In this document: positions 37,267-50,259 of the stretch, piece after piece
Numbering within the stretch: the first letter of the stretch is position 1
How the letters are laid out: each line of letters begins with the position of its first letter
Assembly (NCBI RefSeq): GCF_009834535.1
Contig: NC_045698.1
Span: 11,410,001 to 11,474,000, forward strand
From: Camelus ferus
Taxonomy: Eukaryota
Length of the DNA: 64,000 nucleotides
Reading direction: 5' to 3'
Translations under genes and position numbers: made by a program
Notes under the pieces: model-generated
The model's database searches: none
The model's input: the letters and a program-made list of their open reading frames with translations, nothing else
Told to the model about the DNA's origin: nothing

Positions 37267-37911
37267 CTGTTTCTGTTATTTGAGGTTCTCCCTTTGGTCC
37301 CTGCTTCTGTCTCCCAGCAACCTGTCCAATCCATCAGATATCAAATGGGTGCCTATTTAGTCAAGGTTCTTTCCAGAGGCATAAAAATCAAAGTTTAAAA
37401 TTTCTAAAGCCTCAGTCTTCAAAGAAATGTCAAGATGGACTCAGTAATGATAGCAGAGGGCAGAATGCTTCCAGTGCCAAGCAATCAAAAGAGTCATCAG
37501 TTTGACTAAAGAGCCTTAAGATTCTTCTAACTTCGAGTGAAATAAAAAGCTTTGGAACCTCAAGGGAGATTGTATGTCAATTGAACAGCTGAACCCTTCC
37601 TAGAGATGGTGGCCTTTCAAACTGAAGGCTGAGGAGGATGTAGACAGGAGGGGATGTGAGTCAGAACATGCTCAGCAGTGGGGGTGTGAGAAAAAGGAGG
37701 AAAGGCAAAGGGCACGGGGCACCTCGCCGTAGTCCAGATTCTGCATGTTTTGTGTGACACAGACTCGTCTGATGCTGTCAACAGTGCTAAGTGGTGTGAT
37801 TCTTATTCGGGGAAAACCTAGAACACGAGGCCAGCCCAAGACACACTGACCCCACAGCCAGGGAAGCTGGCCCAGGGGGCCCTGCAGTGTGATTCAAGGA
37901 GCAACCGCCTC

Positions 37912-38025
37912 GGGTGGGACCTAGAGAATGGCTTGCTTTATAAATTTATCTTTTGCATACATGTTAAGTTCCAGTTTGCCTTTCCAAATAAAGTGGTTTC
38001 TTTCTTTCAAAAAAAGAAAAAAAAA
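37912..38025 (+). pseudogene. Candidate retroposed mRNA 3' end or orphan transduction (source unknown)
   Basis: 97-nt non-repeat body, AATAAA at 37987-37992, A-tail at 38009-38025, flanking caaccgcctc (37902-37911) / caacagcctc (38026-38035). Confidence 0.5.
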
Positions 38026-41000
38026 CAACAGCCTCACAGAGTGTCAGTCTCCTTCCAGGGAAAATGATATCTGTGTTTTAATGGATTTTCTCTGGCCACG
38101 TACTCCAGAGAAACACCAAGACGTTCTCCTGTCCCACACAGAACCTTTACAAAAGCTCCAATAGGCTGACGTGCAGGCTGAGTCCAGAGGTCTGTTTTTC
38201 AAGCTGTGTTCTCTGAAACTCATTCTAGGAAACACTGTTCCATCACTACACCAGGCTGTCTCGTGGAGGCGGTGAGAACACTCCTCTTCGTGGAAAGTGG
38301 TGTGAATTCTGAGGGGATGGGGGAGGGCGATGTATCAGGATATGTGGGGCTGGGGACAGGGGTGCAGAGACCTGCATAACATCTTTCATTAGGAAAGAAG
38401 ATAATGGACACCTGTGTATACGTGTGGAATCCTCAAGTTGAGACTCATCCTTTATAAACAGGAGGTGCGTGATCCTTGCTCTTCTGTCGCCCACCCTGTG
38501 GGACCTCTTCTCTTCTTTTCACCCCAATCCCTGGCCTTCAGCAGAAGTAAGCAGCTCTCAGTCTTAACACAGCCCTCCCTGCTCCACGGTTTACCATATA
38601 AACTCTGTCCTCTAAGTACTCCAAGCCTTGGTGAACGGCACCCACACATCTTTTGCTCACTGGAAAGACCTAGGACTTTCTTGAGAGTTTAAATCATTTT
38701 GACTTTCAGGACTGTTGCCTCTGCTACGAATTTCAAAAGCTTGTTTTGAGCTGCCCTTGTGTTACTCTTTCCCTGAGGCCAGTTCATAGAGGAAGCCCTC
38801 TCTGCCGCCTAAGTGTTGGGGAGAAGGATCATAGGAAGCAAGCAACCTCAGAAAATTGCAGTCTCGTAATATCATATAATATGGTTTTGTTGCATCTTTA
38901 TAAAGACTTTTTTTTACAAATCCTAGAAATTGCACTGCCTAGGGAATAAATCAAGCAAGAAAATCATTTGTTCCGAAATAAATATCAGTGGGTTACCCCT
39001 CTGTGCAAATTTGTATATTCAAAAGTAATGGAATTTTGAATGATTCTCAGAAACGTGATTTAAAAACACTTTGATTCCACATTGGGTCAAATGACCCTTC
39101 TTAATACAAAGCATTCAGAGTGACCATCTTGAGAATAACTAGTTCAGTTAAGGAAGATTTTGCAAGTAGGACCAGGAAAGAGAACACGGACACTTGGGTG
39201 ACACAAAGCACTCTGAGTTTGTAGAAATTCTCTTGGTCCAAATGCAGAGAAGAACCAAGGCAGTAAGAGACCTCAGAGGCCTGTATCCAGTACATTGTAC
39301 ATCGGGTTGACTGAGTCAGAAATCAAAGGGACTCCTTGCATGAGTTATCTACTCGGCTTTGCTGTAATAAATCAGCTCCAGCATCTCCCCTCTGAATTTA
39401 ATTTCGGCAAACATGGAGCAAGACTCCCAGTCTAAAACAATGGCCACACGAATCAAGTCTTTCCAGTCCTACCCGTGGCTTTGTTGCCTGCTGTGTTGGA
39501 CCAGATTTTGTCATCTGTCCCTGGGATGCACAGAGACCCATATTCAAGCTAAAAGAGGTTGTCCTGAAAGGAGATTTGTGTATCTTCCCATCCAGGTCAG
39601 GAAGGACACCTTCGATCCATCACTTTTCCTCCCCTGCATCGGCTTCTCAGTGCTGTCTGAGAAGACGTGTGTGGACAGTCTAAGGTTATCGTGATGTCAT
39701 TAACTGCTTTGACATGAGTAATCATTTTTATTTGAAATACATATTTTGGTAACACTCTTTATAGGGATGACCTGGTTTCTACTCTTAGAAGATAACAGCC
39801 ATGCTCTCTTGCATCAGAAATATCCAGCTGCCATTTTCACTGTCTGGGTAATTTTATAATTATAAAGTGGTAAATCGTAGAGCCATCTGTTAGTAAAACA
39901 TTATTATCTTTTTTTTTTTAAACATTTTTTAAAAACGTTATTATCTTCATTGTACTTACTAATCTATTTTCAGTTTCCAGGAAGACACTTACTAGGAGTT
40001 AAAAAAAATATCCAGAACTTGAAAATAAGGCCAAGCTAGGGTAGCATGTCACTTTGGTGCCACATAGAAAGACTGTTTAATAGGTTCACCCAAGGATTGT
40101 ATACTTGATTAGGGAATGTAATTTTGTTTGACTCGCTAAGTACTGTTGATTAAAAGCCTAGGTTCTATGAAGTGATATGTTAAAGTGTAGATTTTGGCCC
40201 AGTAGAGGTCAGATGTTTTCTGTCTTCAGAAAAGATCTCTTCTCTGTAGGGAATCAGCTATACATCTGATACAGAAATCATATTACAAAATTATTTTTCC
40301 ACTGCCTGTATATTCTCATTCTCTTTTGAATCTCTCTTTCTGGTTCCCTTATCCAAGCGTTAAAGAAAATGTTTACATTTGCTCACTCTACATTTATATG
40401 AAAGGCATGTTTTAAGGTTTTGAAAATCACACTTTGGCACAGGTAGTGCATAAAAATTTTTAGTAGGATCTTTGTCTTCCATGTAAGACACACACATAAA
40501 ACAGATAAACGAATTGCTGCTCTGAGTCTGATGGCTGGAAGCACTCCAGACACCCCTAAATGCATGGCGCTCTGATTATAAATCCGTGGTCTTAACTCTT
40601 CTCTTTCAAGAAATTCACATCATAGCTCGGCCACTAAGAAGCTGTGCGAACCTGTCTCAATCCTTCAAGACTCCCGTTTCCTCTTGTGCAGCGTGTATTT
40701 TATAGCCTTGAAGCTGAAAACCTGGCCTTCTGGAAGTATACAGATTACAGAAGTGCTCCTTTCTCAGTAAGATTTACATCATGCAAGCAGTATCTGCAAA
40801 GACATAAGTAGACAATAGAAAAATTAACAAATTCATTGGCCACTAATTTGCTTATTCTTTAATTCCAGAAGCTAAATGTTAATCACATTCCAAGAAGACA
40901 TATTTCCAAGTAATGGAGCTGGGCTAGTCATTGTAAAACTACAGTTTCATCTTTTAATGGTCACTTTTGCTTGGTAATCAAGTCATGAGTTATCAGGGTT

Positions 41001-41916
41001 ATATACCATTAGCTTCTTCCAAATGTAAATAGTAACATATGAATCATTGACCTGCCTTTTAGTAAATATTCTGATGTAATGCTATGATGTTTAAGGAACT
41101 CAGCATTCATAAGCACTCGTGGCTAGATTTCCACTGAAGAAAGAAATGAAATGTCCTGTACTTCAATTCCAATTTCTTGTGGCATTTTCTACAGTGCAGT
41201 TCCAGTGCAACATGCAAGAAGAAAATATAGGAATAACATGGTCTAATAGTTAGACTTTGGATGAGAAAACAAAATCTGATTTAGAATTATAGTATGTAAT
41301 TATGTATTATTACACATAATTACGGTGTAGAAATATTAGAATCATGCACAGGAAGGACTAAAGGGCACAGTGATTTTAGGGAGAATGGGCATTTTACTTG
41401 ACATATCCTTTTTACCTTCAGAAAAACCCTGAAGAGTGTGTATTGTTTTAAAATACAAGATATGGAGACCCAGAAAAAGAAAGTGACTTTCTGGAATTCA
41501 CACAGTATAGGAAATGATGGAGAGGGTGTTTGATGCAAGTCGATCTGCCTCCAAAGCCCATGATCTCTGATTACAATACAGGAAAAGAACACTGAAAAGA
41601 GAGTTTCATCCTGCAGTAGAATCCTGTACATTATGTCACAGGACAAATCCTCTTCATGTACTTTTGCTTTGCATATCAGATGCTGTCACTTCTGTCAGGA
41701 CTTTCTTTTAAGCACATGTAGCCTTTTGAACTCTCAGATAACTGAAAAGAATAATCTTTTTTCACAGCACCCTGGGTAATTTTATGACCTCTGTAAAGCT
41801 AAAGAACTCTGGGCAGGATTTGGGGCACAAAAAGACCTTAATCCTGGCCCAAAGGTATTCATTTTTCACTTAACTTATTTGGGTTTTATGACTCCTCCCC
41901 CTTCCCCAATAATGAT

Positions 41917-42980
41917 CATTCACTCATTCAGTAGATACTCTATGCTGGGGACTGTCCTAGATGCTAAGGATATCATGGTGATCAAAATCCAGATGGTCTT
42001 TGCCCCCATGGTCCTTATATCTTACCATTGCACACTATTCTGCCAATTTAATTCATTCATTAATTCATTCATCAAGTGTGTATTACACACTTACTTTGTG
42101 CCACAAATTGTTTTCAGAGCTTGGAGATGCACCAGTGAACAAAGTAATGATCCCTGCTCGTCTAGAACAAAGACAATATTCAACAGACATGATAAATGAG
42201 AAATACTGTATTGTACTTTGGAAAGTGATGACTGCTATAGAGAAAAAAAGAAAAAGAAAAAATGGATCATGTGAAGAGAAATTGGGAAGATCAAGGTGGT
42301 AGGCAAGGGGGCTGCAATTTTAAATAAGATGTTCTAGGTCAGCCCCACCAAGAAGGTGACATGTGAGCAAAGACCTGCATAAGGTAGGGGAGTGCTGTAG
42401 ACTGAACGTTTATATTCCCCCATGTGTTGGAATTTTTACCCTTTGGGTGCTGATTAGGTCATGAGGGTGGAACCCTCATGAGTAAGAGTTGTGCCCTTAT
42501 AAAAAAAAAAGGATCCCAGAGAACTCCCTAGCATTGTCCTTCATGTGAATTATGGTGAGAAGACAGCCATCTATGAACCAAGAACTGGGCTCTCCTAGAC
42601 ACAGAATCTGATGGTGCCTTGGTCTTGAATTTCGAACTTCCAGAACTATAAGAAATAAATTTCTATTATTTATAAGCCACCCAATCTATGGTATTTTCTT
42701 ATAGCAGCCCAAACAAACTATGATAAGGAGTGAGCCATGTAGATATTTATGATGAGGGCATTCTAACAAAGGCAACGGGTAGTGTCAAGCTTGTAAGTGG
42801 GAGTTAAGCCTGGTATGTTCAAGGAATAGTGAGAAACCGTGTGCCTGAGCTATATGGAAAAGACGACGAGTTGTAAGAACTGGGTTCGAGAGGAATGAGC
42901 AGCCAGATCATGTGACATGTCCTCCCCTAGTTAGCCCAAGGCGCCCTGCAAGTTTTGGAGCAGAGAGCCATGTGACCTGG
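41917..42980 (-). mobile_element. LINE-2 3' fragments interrupted by an MLT1A-like LTR
   Basis: (ttca)n L2 tails at about 41917 and 42048. gaaggtgacatgtgagcaaagacctg resumes after the LTR as ggagtgagccatgtagatat...tgttcaaggaatag. Confidence 0.75.
42393..42725 (+). mobile_element. MaLR solo LTR (MLT1A0-like)
   Basis: tgctgtagactgaa...attaggtcatgagggtggaaccctcatga...aacttccagaactataagaaataaatttct...atagcagcccaaacaaactatgata. TSD gggag/aggag. Confidence 0.9.
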
Positions 42981-43336
42981 CCTCTGTCAGCTTGGAGCCT
43001 CCTGTCAATCAAACACTGTGGCTATCTATGTCCTATATTATGATGGAACCTTTGAGAGGAACTTTATGAGGAGAATTGGGATAAGTCAGCTGTCCACTGT
43101 ATCTTCACCCTTTGTCCAGGCTGGTCCTCCTCTTGGACATCTTGTGAGTCCTTGGCTTCTTTTGCTATTTCACTTGTAAGAAGGTGCTGAGGCATTCAGA
43201 CTTTGCAGGTTTGGGTCTCTCACTTGTGCTAACAGACAAATACCCAGAATCACACAGAATTAGATGGGCTAGAGCTGAAACATTCTGTCACTCATTAATC
43301 TATGGCACCAAGATCCCTGATACTCTGATGACATGT

Positions 43337-43682
43337 TGTCTTGGTCATTTCAAGCTGCTGTAACAAATATTCCATTGACTCAGTGGCTTATGAACAACAG
43401 AAACTTATTTCTCACAGATCTGGAGGCTGGGAAGTCCAAGATCAAGGCTCTGGCAAATTCAGCTGCTGGTGAGAGCCCACCTCCTGGTTCCTCGATGGTG
43501 GTCTTGCTGTTGTAACCTCACATGGAGGAAGGAGTCGGGGAGCTCTCTGGGGCCTCATTTATAAGGGCACTGATCCCATTCATGAGGGCTCCACCTTCAT
43601 GACCTAATCACCTCACCAAAGCTAATCACCTCCTAATATCATCACATTGGGGAACAGGTTTCAGTGCATTCAGTCTCTAGTA
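43337..43682 (-). mobile_element. MaLR solo LTR (MLT1A-like)
   Basis: caacagaaacttatttctcacagatctggaggctgggaagtccaagatcaagg...ataagggcactgatcccattcatgagggctccaccttcatgacctaatcacctc. Confidence 0.9.
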
Positions 43683-44779
43683 CAAAACTAGCACACTTGC
43701 CCAACTTGGACTGAAGTCATCATAACATTCAAACTTTAACATAAATTGAAATACTGTGAATAACATTATTTTATAAAATTAGACAGTTGTTTCTTATTAG
43801 AAATTTATAGTTATTCCTTTCATAAAGAATCTTTTCATAAAGCAGTAAACACTCAATTTATCTTTAACTGCTTATGTTGGAAAAAATTTACTGTGACACC
43901 TGTTCTTTCAAACTTCACAGAAGAAATTCTAGGGCATTTTTAAAAGATCTGAGACGCAAAGTTCTGCCCATATGTTGCTAACGTATCATCAAAAGGAAAA
44001 ACAACCATAAATACGCTTTATTTAAATTCAAAACAGCTAATCAGAGACCACAGTTAAGTTTAGTGACAATAAACTTGTTTTAACAAGACATTTATGTTTG
44101 GTTACAATTGACATTTAAGGCAAGCATGCTTAGATTGAATCCAGCAAAGGAGAATTGAGCCAAAATCTCAATAGAGCTGATTTAGACCACCCTCTAGAAA
44201 ATCTATTACCTAATCGCTTCCCTTTTGGTTATTACTGTGACGCTGAGTAGTGTTAAGCTATTATAAGAGCTGAGGATGGCTACAAGTCAAGGTGGTCGAA
44301 GACCCAGAACACAACGCATCTTCCTCGAAACTGACTTGGTAGGAAGTCAGGAATCCGAGGTCGGCATCTGACAGCGGCAGCTCTCAGGGCTGTGGATTCC
44401 TGGATGCAGACTCCATCCTCGGTGGCTGTTTGTATCGCTCTGGGATCAGCAGTAGCTTTATCTTAAGAGAAAGTTTTGAAACTTAATCACTCAGTGCAAA
44501 GCAAAAGGAGGATAAATGGACAAGTGAGCTTTGTTTGGGAGCAAATACTAATGTCTCGTGACATTTCTAAGGCCATGAAGAAAGACAACTGTTCCGTCCT
44601 GCGTGTTGGAGTGTGGGAAGGGCATATGGGTGCGCTTCACCTGCTGCAGCCCCAGACCGGCCCAGCCAGCGCACTCCCCATGTTAGGAAGTTAGGCAAGC
44701 CCACCATGAATGGTTCCACTGAGACTGTCTTCAATGCTGAAATGTTTAAAAGCTGCAATATTTGTATCTTTACCTCAGT

Positions 44780-45010
44780 ACATATGTCTGCTACCTTTGG
44801 CAATAATACCCCAGCCCTTCTTGAAATGCTTTTTTCACCCCATGGTTTCTGGGTCTTTCTCTCCTCCCAGAACCAAGACCGTCTTCTATTGACATCTCTT
44901 CTCCCTCGACTACACATTTGAAATGTGCATCGTCCTTGGAGAGTCTTTCTGGACCCCCCTGTTTTTTCTCACACTACACTTTCTAATGCACATTTAAGAG
45001 TTTCAACTAC
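44780..45010 (+). mobile_element. Probable LINE-2 internal fragment
   Basis: cccttcttgaaatgc...ctctcctccc...ttttctcactacact resembles the L2 RT-region consensus; highly diverged. Confidence 0.4.
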
Positions 45011-46233
45011 TTAAAAATTAAGGATGAAAATTGAGTGGAAAATTATTTTTGAACCCTGATGTTCCCCCTAAAGTCTATAGACAGAGAAGACTCTTGTATA
45101 TAGGTATGTTGACAACAGTAACTATTACTAAATAATTATAATTACATATTTGTTTTTTCTTGTTTGTTTAAAACACATAGACCCCATGAACCTTATATAG
45201 CTATTTCCAGCATGCCCTTGATGAACTGTTTTTACCCATAACTTCCTCATACATATCTTTTTTGCTTTGTTTTTCCTTCACCATGATTTTCTTACCTAAA
45301 AAACAAAAACAACAAAAAAAAAAAACCTTGTTTTCCATGAGTACTGTATGCCTTGCTGTGCGACTCAGGGTTCCTCTGCTGTGAATCTTGATTTTTTGTT
45401 GTTGTTTTGAGGGGGGTTTAATTTGTTTTTTTTTTTTTAATTGTCTCCTGTGTCCTACTGAGATTAGACTTGAGGAGATACCTTAGAATAAGTACAAAGC
45501 TTTTAAAAGCCCTCCTCATTAAAACCAGTTTTTTAAAAAAATTTTCCTAATTACACATTTCTTAAGGAAGCCAATTCTCTTTTGTGGGGGGGGGAGGGAT
45601 ACAAAAACCCAAAAGAATCAGTGGAACTTACATTAACTCATGGTTTCTCAAAATATTTTTGCTAGACTATTTCTCTCTTAAATTATGCTATCAAACATTA
45701 CTCTGTTTTTAAATAATTTTGAAAATTCTGCATATCATTTCTACTTGTTAACTTATGATAGATACTGATACATGAAGACCAAGAGAGAGCTTTCCTTAAG
45801 TTCTCTTTCCAAGCCTAATACACTACAGACCCTTTTGTAAAATGACAGTTGTTGTTATCTTCATCTCAGGGAACCAGTGTTCTTTGGAAGTCCCGTCCGG
45901 CCCTGCTGAAATCGTAGGAATTTGCTGAAGGGAGGTTTAGATGGACTGTGGACAGGAGGCCGCTTCTACATGGAATGGACAGTGGGGGCAAATTAGTAGC
46001 TTTAGTGGGTTAACTAATGAGAATAGTTTTTGTTGCCGTAACTCTCGCAAATGATTTATGGCAAATGCGTTGTTTAATGATGTAATTAATTAATGCAAAG
46101 AAAAACGCATTTTATAAACAATTGTTTTTCGGTGAAACAAGTAAGACAATAATTATAGCCTCTTTAAGCTATCCCTTACTTTTCTACCAAAGATTTGAAA
46201 AAAAAAAAAAAAGACTATGAAAGTACCTCTACT

Positions 46234-46286
46234 TTTGACACAACATTGTAAAATGATTATAAATCAATAAAAAATGTTAAAAAAAA
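46234..46286 (+). mobile_element. 53-bp extreme 5'-truncated L1 with a perfect 14-bp TSD
   Basis: tttgacacaacattgtaaaatgattataaatcaataaaaaatgttaaaaaaaa, near-identical to the reverse complement of about 3140-3189. TSD aaagtacctctact at 46220-46233 and 46287-46300. Confidence 0.92.
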
Positions 46287-46564
46287 AAAGTACCTCTACT
46301 AATAGAAGAATATGTTTTGAAACATCCTTACATTGACCTCATTTTTCTAGGTAATTCTTTATACAATTTTCAGGAAATTTTTTTTTTGTCCATTTTCCTC
46401 AAATTTCCTACATATGGATAGCACTAAGAAATGTGTGTATTCTATAAAAATTATATGATTCTAATAAGCTTTTGCTTCTGTTAAAAAAATATATTCTCCT
46501 CTTCTTGGAAGATGCTCAATTTCAAATAAATTGCTCATTTTTATCTGCCCTTATTACTCTCCTT

Positions 46565-46742
46565 TTTACTTCATGACACTTTTCATGCACATATGTTTAT
46601 GTGTTTATTGACTTATTGTCTGTCTGTCTGTCTTTCTCAACTCAAATGAAAGTTCCCTAAGGTTAGGGATTTTGCCTCTTTTTTCCCTCTGCTGTATCCC
46701 TACCATATAGTAGGAACTCAGAAAATACTTAAATGAATAAAA
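46565..46742 (+). mobile_element. LINE-2 3' end
   Basis: ttattgtctgtct...aagttccctaaggttagggattttgcc...ctgctgtatccc...atagtaggaactcagaaaatacttaaatgaataaa. Confidence 0.65.
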
Positions 46743-48789
46743 TCATACAACTCTTCCCTTTTATGTGGTTGATTGGTTATGACCAAACCAGTTACAAATA
46801 TGATAAAGTCCCACATCCTAAGAATGCAAAGAACAGCAGTTTTCAGGAGCCAGAGGAATATCCACAAGTTGCTTTCCCCAAATTCCTGTATCTGATGAAC
46901 AGAAGTTTAAAAGAGGATTGTAAAGCTCTCCAGAATTTCTCCGAGTTCAGAACACTGCAAATTGCTGAATAATTGTCTTTTTTTGTCTAAGTTTTAAAAT
47001 CTTAAAGTTAATTTAAATCTCAAGAAGGTGTCATAGGAATAATCTTTAAAGAAGAATCTATGCACAGTGGCAGCAAAAATATATATATTTTCCAAAGATT
47101 AGGCTAAAAAATTTAGTAACTACTGCTCTGGAGAAATGCCATATGTTAAAAAAAAAAATTTGTTTTAATTTAAAAACCTCTTCCTTTCTTTGATAGGTCA
47201 GTCTATCCTAGCCAGCACTGCCTACAAACACCACTCCCACCTACAGCAATTTGGACTGGAGGGGGGAGAGCCTGAGAAGGTGGAAAATTTGGATTTCTAC
47301 TGTTTCAACAGGAGGAAAAAAGCAATTGCCAGTAGATGCTTTTAATTACATGCAGATTGGCCCTTTATTTTTCTTTGGTCCTTTCCGTTTGGTGCCCAGG
47401 AAGGGGAAGCATTACCTCTACTGCTTACATCAGAGGTCTGCTTTCACTTAGCTGCCGAGCGAGCAAGTCCTGCTGTCTTTCTAGAGCATGCAAATCCACT
47501 GTGAGAGGAGTTGAAGTGGCTCCAAGTATGACAGAGACATTTGTGGAGTCGGACCGGCCCCCCACCTGCCACAGTAACTCTGGGCACTGGTGGGGGCCGT
47601 TCCCCTTGAGCAGAAGAGGAAAGCCAGGCAGGGCGGCTGGACCATCTCTCCTTCATGCTGGCGGAGAGTTGGGGGCACAGTGGCCATAGGATGGAGTGAG
47701 TGAGGAGGAAAGGGCAGGACTGGGGAAGGAGAATATTTCCTCCAGTTCCTCCAGGGTCCCCACCCTCCACACAGCATCACTCAGGTCCCAGGGGAAGATG
47801 CTGCAGGCATAGGAGCCACCAAACCCTAGGAAGGGGTGCCTACATCAGGGAGCATGGGGAGATGGAGAGGGCCCAAGCAGGTGTGCCGCAGAAGGGGACC
47901 AGTGCTTGGCATCCATTGGAGATCAAAGGCATTATTTTTATCAGAAGGAATAAATCGTAGTCACTCACAGAACCTCCTCCCACTTTAGAAAAAAAAAAAA
48001 AAGTCTTCAGAAGTAACAATGAGTCACAAATATAAGAAAGCCCAAATGGCTTGGGACTCTGTAGGAAAAGGTCTTTTTCCTGCAGCCACCTCAGGATCCA
48101 TCTGTTCCCTCCTTCCCTTGGGCTGGACACACTGACCTCCCGCTTAGACACTAGCATTCCTGCTGTGCTCCCAGACGCCAAGCCGACCAGCCGGCTGGAC
48201 CACTTCCTATCTCCTTTTCTGGGCGTTTTGGTAGCTGATGGCTCTGACTTCCTCTGAATTCAATCTACTATGGGAAAATAAGTCATTCTGAGAAATGGGT
48301 TCTTTCAACTTAAGGGGACAAATTGGGGGATGATTTTCTTTTTGTTCTTGTATAGTGTGCCCACCTGAAGTGGTGAATCGACTGAGAGCTTCTAATTGGT
48401 TTTTTCTGCACACACACCAGCCCAGTCCAACGTGAGATGCACACAGTAAGCTTCCATTTGTAGGGGACAGTTTAGAATCGATATTCTAATAAGATTTTGA
48501 GCATCTGGGTTACATGCCCACTTTCCCAACGAACTAGCCAGCCCCCTGACCACTGGCCAGCCAAGTTGCAGACTCACTGAGACCCAGTTAACTCCTGTTG
48601 CCAACTAGAAAAATTAAGACTAACCCACCAGGAGTAAAGAAATGAAAAAGCTCGTATTGCTAAATGAATATCCCTCAAACGGAAAAAAAGTATAGTTAAG
48701 AATATTCAAATAACTAAGACACAGTAGAATGCAGCATTTCCTATTGAAAGTGGATTAAATACTATTAGCTTGTTACTTATCTTCTTTTC

Positions 48790-49200
48790 AAATATAAAAG
48801 CAAAGATTACTTATTGTAAAATTAAATGAAAGAACATAAATAGAAGTGAATGAAGTAGAAAGCCACAGCCCAGTGCCTCATCCAGTTCTCCAGATATACC
48901 CTCTCTGGTGTGTTACTGGATCTTGATTGCATCATGCTAGACAGTTTTCTATAAATATACAATTATTTAAATAGTCATACAACAAACTTTTTATCAAGCT
49001 TGGGATCACAATCATAGATCTTATTCTTTAACTTGCTTTTCTGCGAATTGAAATAGTGGAGTCTTTTCTCTGTGCCCATATCTTATAAATGTCAGCCATC
49101 CACATCGAACTCACTTTTCTAATGTTTTTAGAGTATTCCATCACTGTATTCAATTTGTTCAAAGTTGATGGACACAGATTGTTTTTGGTTTTCTATTATA
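48790..49200 (-). mobile_element. Ancient L1 (L1ME-like) 3' fragment
   Basis: gggatcacaatc...aacttgctttt...agagtattccatc...gttgatggacac, degenerate. Confidence 0.5.
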
Positions 49201-49210
49201 TGTTTGTTTT

Positions 49211-49294
49211 ACTACTATATATAAAATAGATAACAAGAAGTCTCTTCTGTATAGCACAGGGAACTATATTTAATATCTTGCAATAGCCTATAAT
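49211..49294 (+). mobile_element. Isolated internal piece of a young L1 3'UTR
   Basis: actactatatataaaatagataacaagaagtctcttctgtatagcacagggaactatatttaatatcttg, parallel to 32194-32260. Confidence 0.75.
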
Positions 49295-49746
49295 ACATTT
49301 GCTTTAAAAACTTATTCATGAGTAGAAAGAATGGGGAAAAGGAGGAAAAGTTCAAAAAATAGGAAAGAAGAAGAAAAGTAGTCACAACACCTAAAAACAG
49401 AGAAAGGATTTTGTTCTCTAAAACAGAAATAGCTCTTATAAGTCAGCATGAAAAAAAAATCCAATTTAAAAAGAAAGCAAAGCAAAGGATATGAAAAAGT
49501 AATTCACAAAAGATGTGTGAGCACATGAAATTATACTCAAGTCCTTCTCCAAAGAAATAGAAGTTGAAACTACAATACAAAATTTTTCTCCTACCAGATT
49601 GGAAAAAAGTTAAAGGACTTATTATCTTGAATGTTGATTAAAATCAACAGCAGGTTGATACACTGCTAATGGACTTGTAATTGTTCCAGCCTCCTTGCAG
49701 AACAATTTGACAGTATGGATCCAAATTTTTAAAGTGAATATTCTTT

Positions 49747-50239
49747 TTTAAATTAAAAAATTATATATATATATTTTTTGATGTTTTGTGAATTAGAACT
49801 GTATTAATTTTTTATTGAATGATTCTTTAAATTCTGTAGTGCTTTACAATTTTCAAAAGTTTTATACTCATGATTTCATATGATCCCATAATAACCCTTT
49901 TTTCCCCCCTACCCCTGTATTGCCCCTCCTTCCTTCCTTCTCCCCCACTGGTAACCACAAGTTCATTCTCTAAATCTTTGAGTCAGCTTCTTTTTTGTTT
50001 TATTCACTAGTTTGCTGTATTTTTTAGAGTCTACATATAAGTGATATCATACAGTATTTTGTCTTTCTTTGTCTGGCTTATTTCAGTTAGTAGAATACCC
50101 TCCAAGTCCATCCATGTTGTTACAGATGGCAGGATTTCTTTTTTATGACTGAATAGTATTCCATTCTGTATATATCGCCTATCTTCTTTATCCATTTATC
50201 TGTTGATGGACACTTAGGTTGCTTCCATACCTTGACAAG
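49747..50239 (-). mobile_element. Artiodactyl L1 (L1_Art-like) 3' end
   Basis: Minus strand GGGTTATTATGGGATCATATGAAATCATG...TTTTGAAAATTGTAAAGCACTACAGAATTTAAAGAATCATTCAATAAA. TSD gtgaatattcttt (49734-49746) / gtaaatattcttt (50240-50252). Confidence 0.85.
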
Positions 50240-50259
50240 GTAAATATTCTTTAGCCCAG

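Noticed and set aside
42393..43682. Paired LTRs of one MaLR provirus
   Set aside because: The LTRs are in opposite orientations, the first has its own TSD, and the sequence between them is L2 and unique DNA.
44264..44372. TATA-like box plus a 31-aa small ORF with good Kozak context (MATSQGGRRPRT...)
   Set aside because: The TATA-like sequence is only about 10 nt from the ATG, and short ORFs like this are expected by chance.
49815..49897. MIR-like fragment transduced by an L1
   Set aside because: As I recall it, this text is the normal 3' terminus of the L1_Art family, so it needs no separate event.
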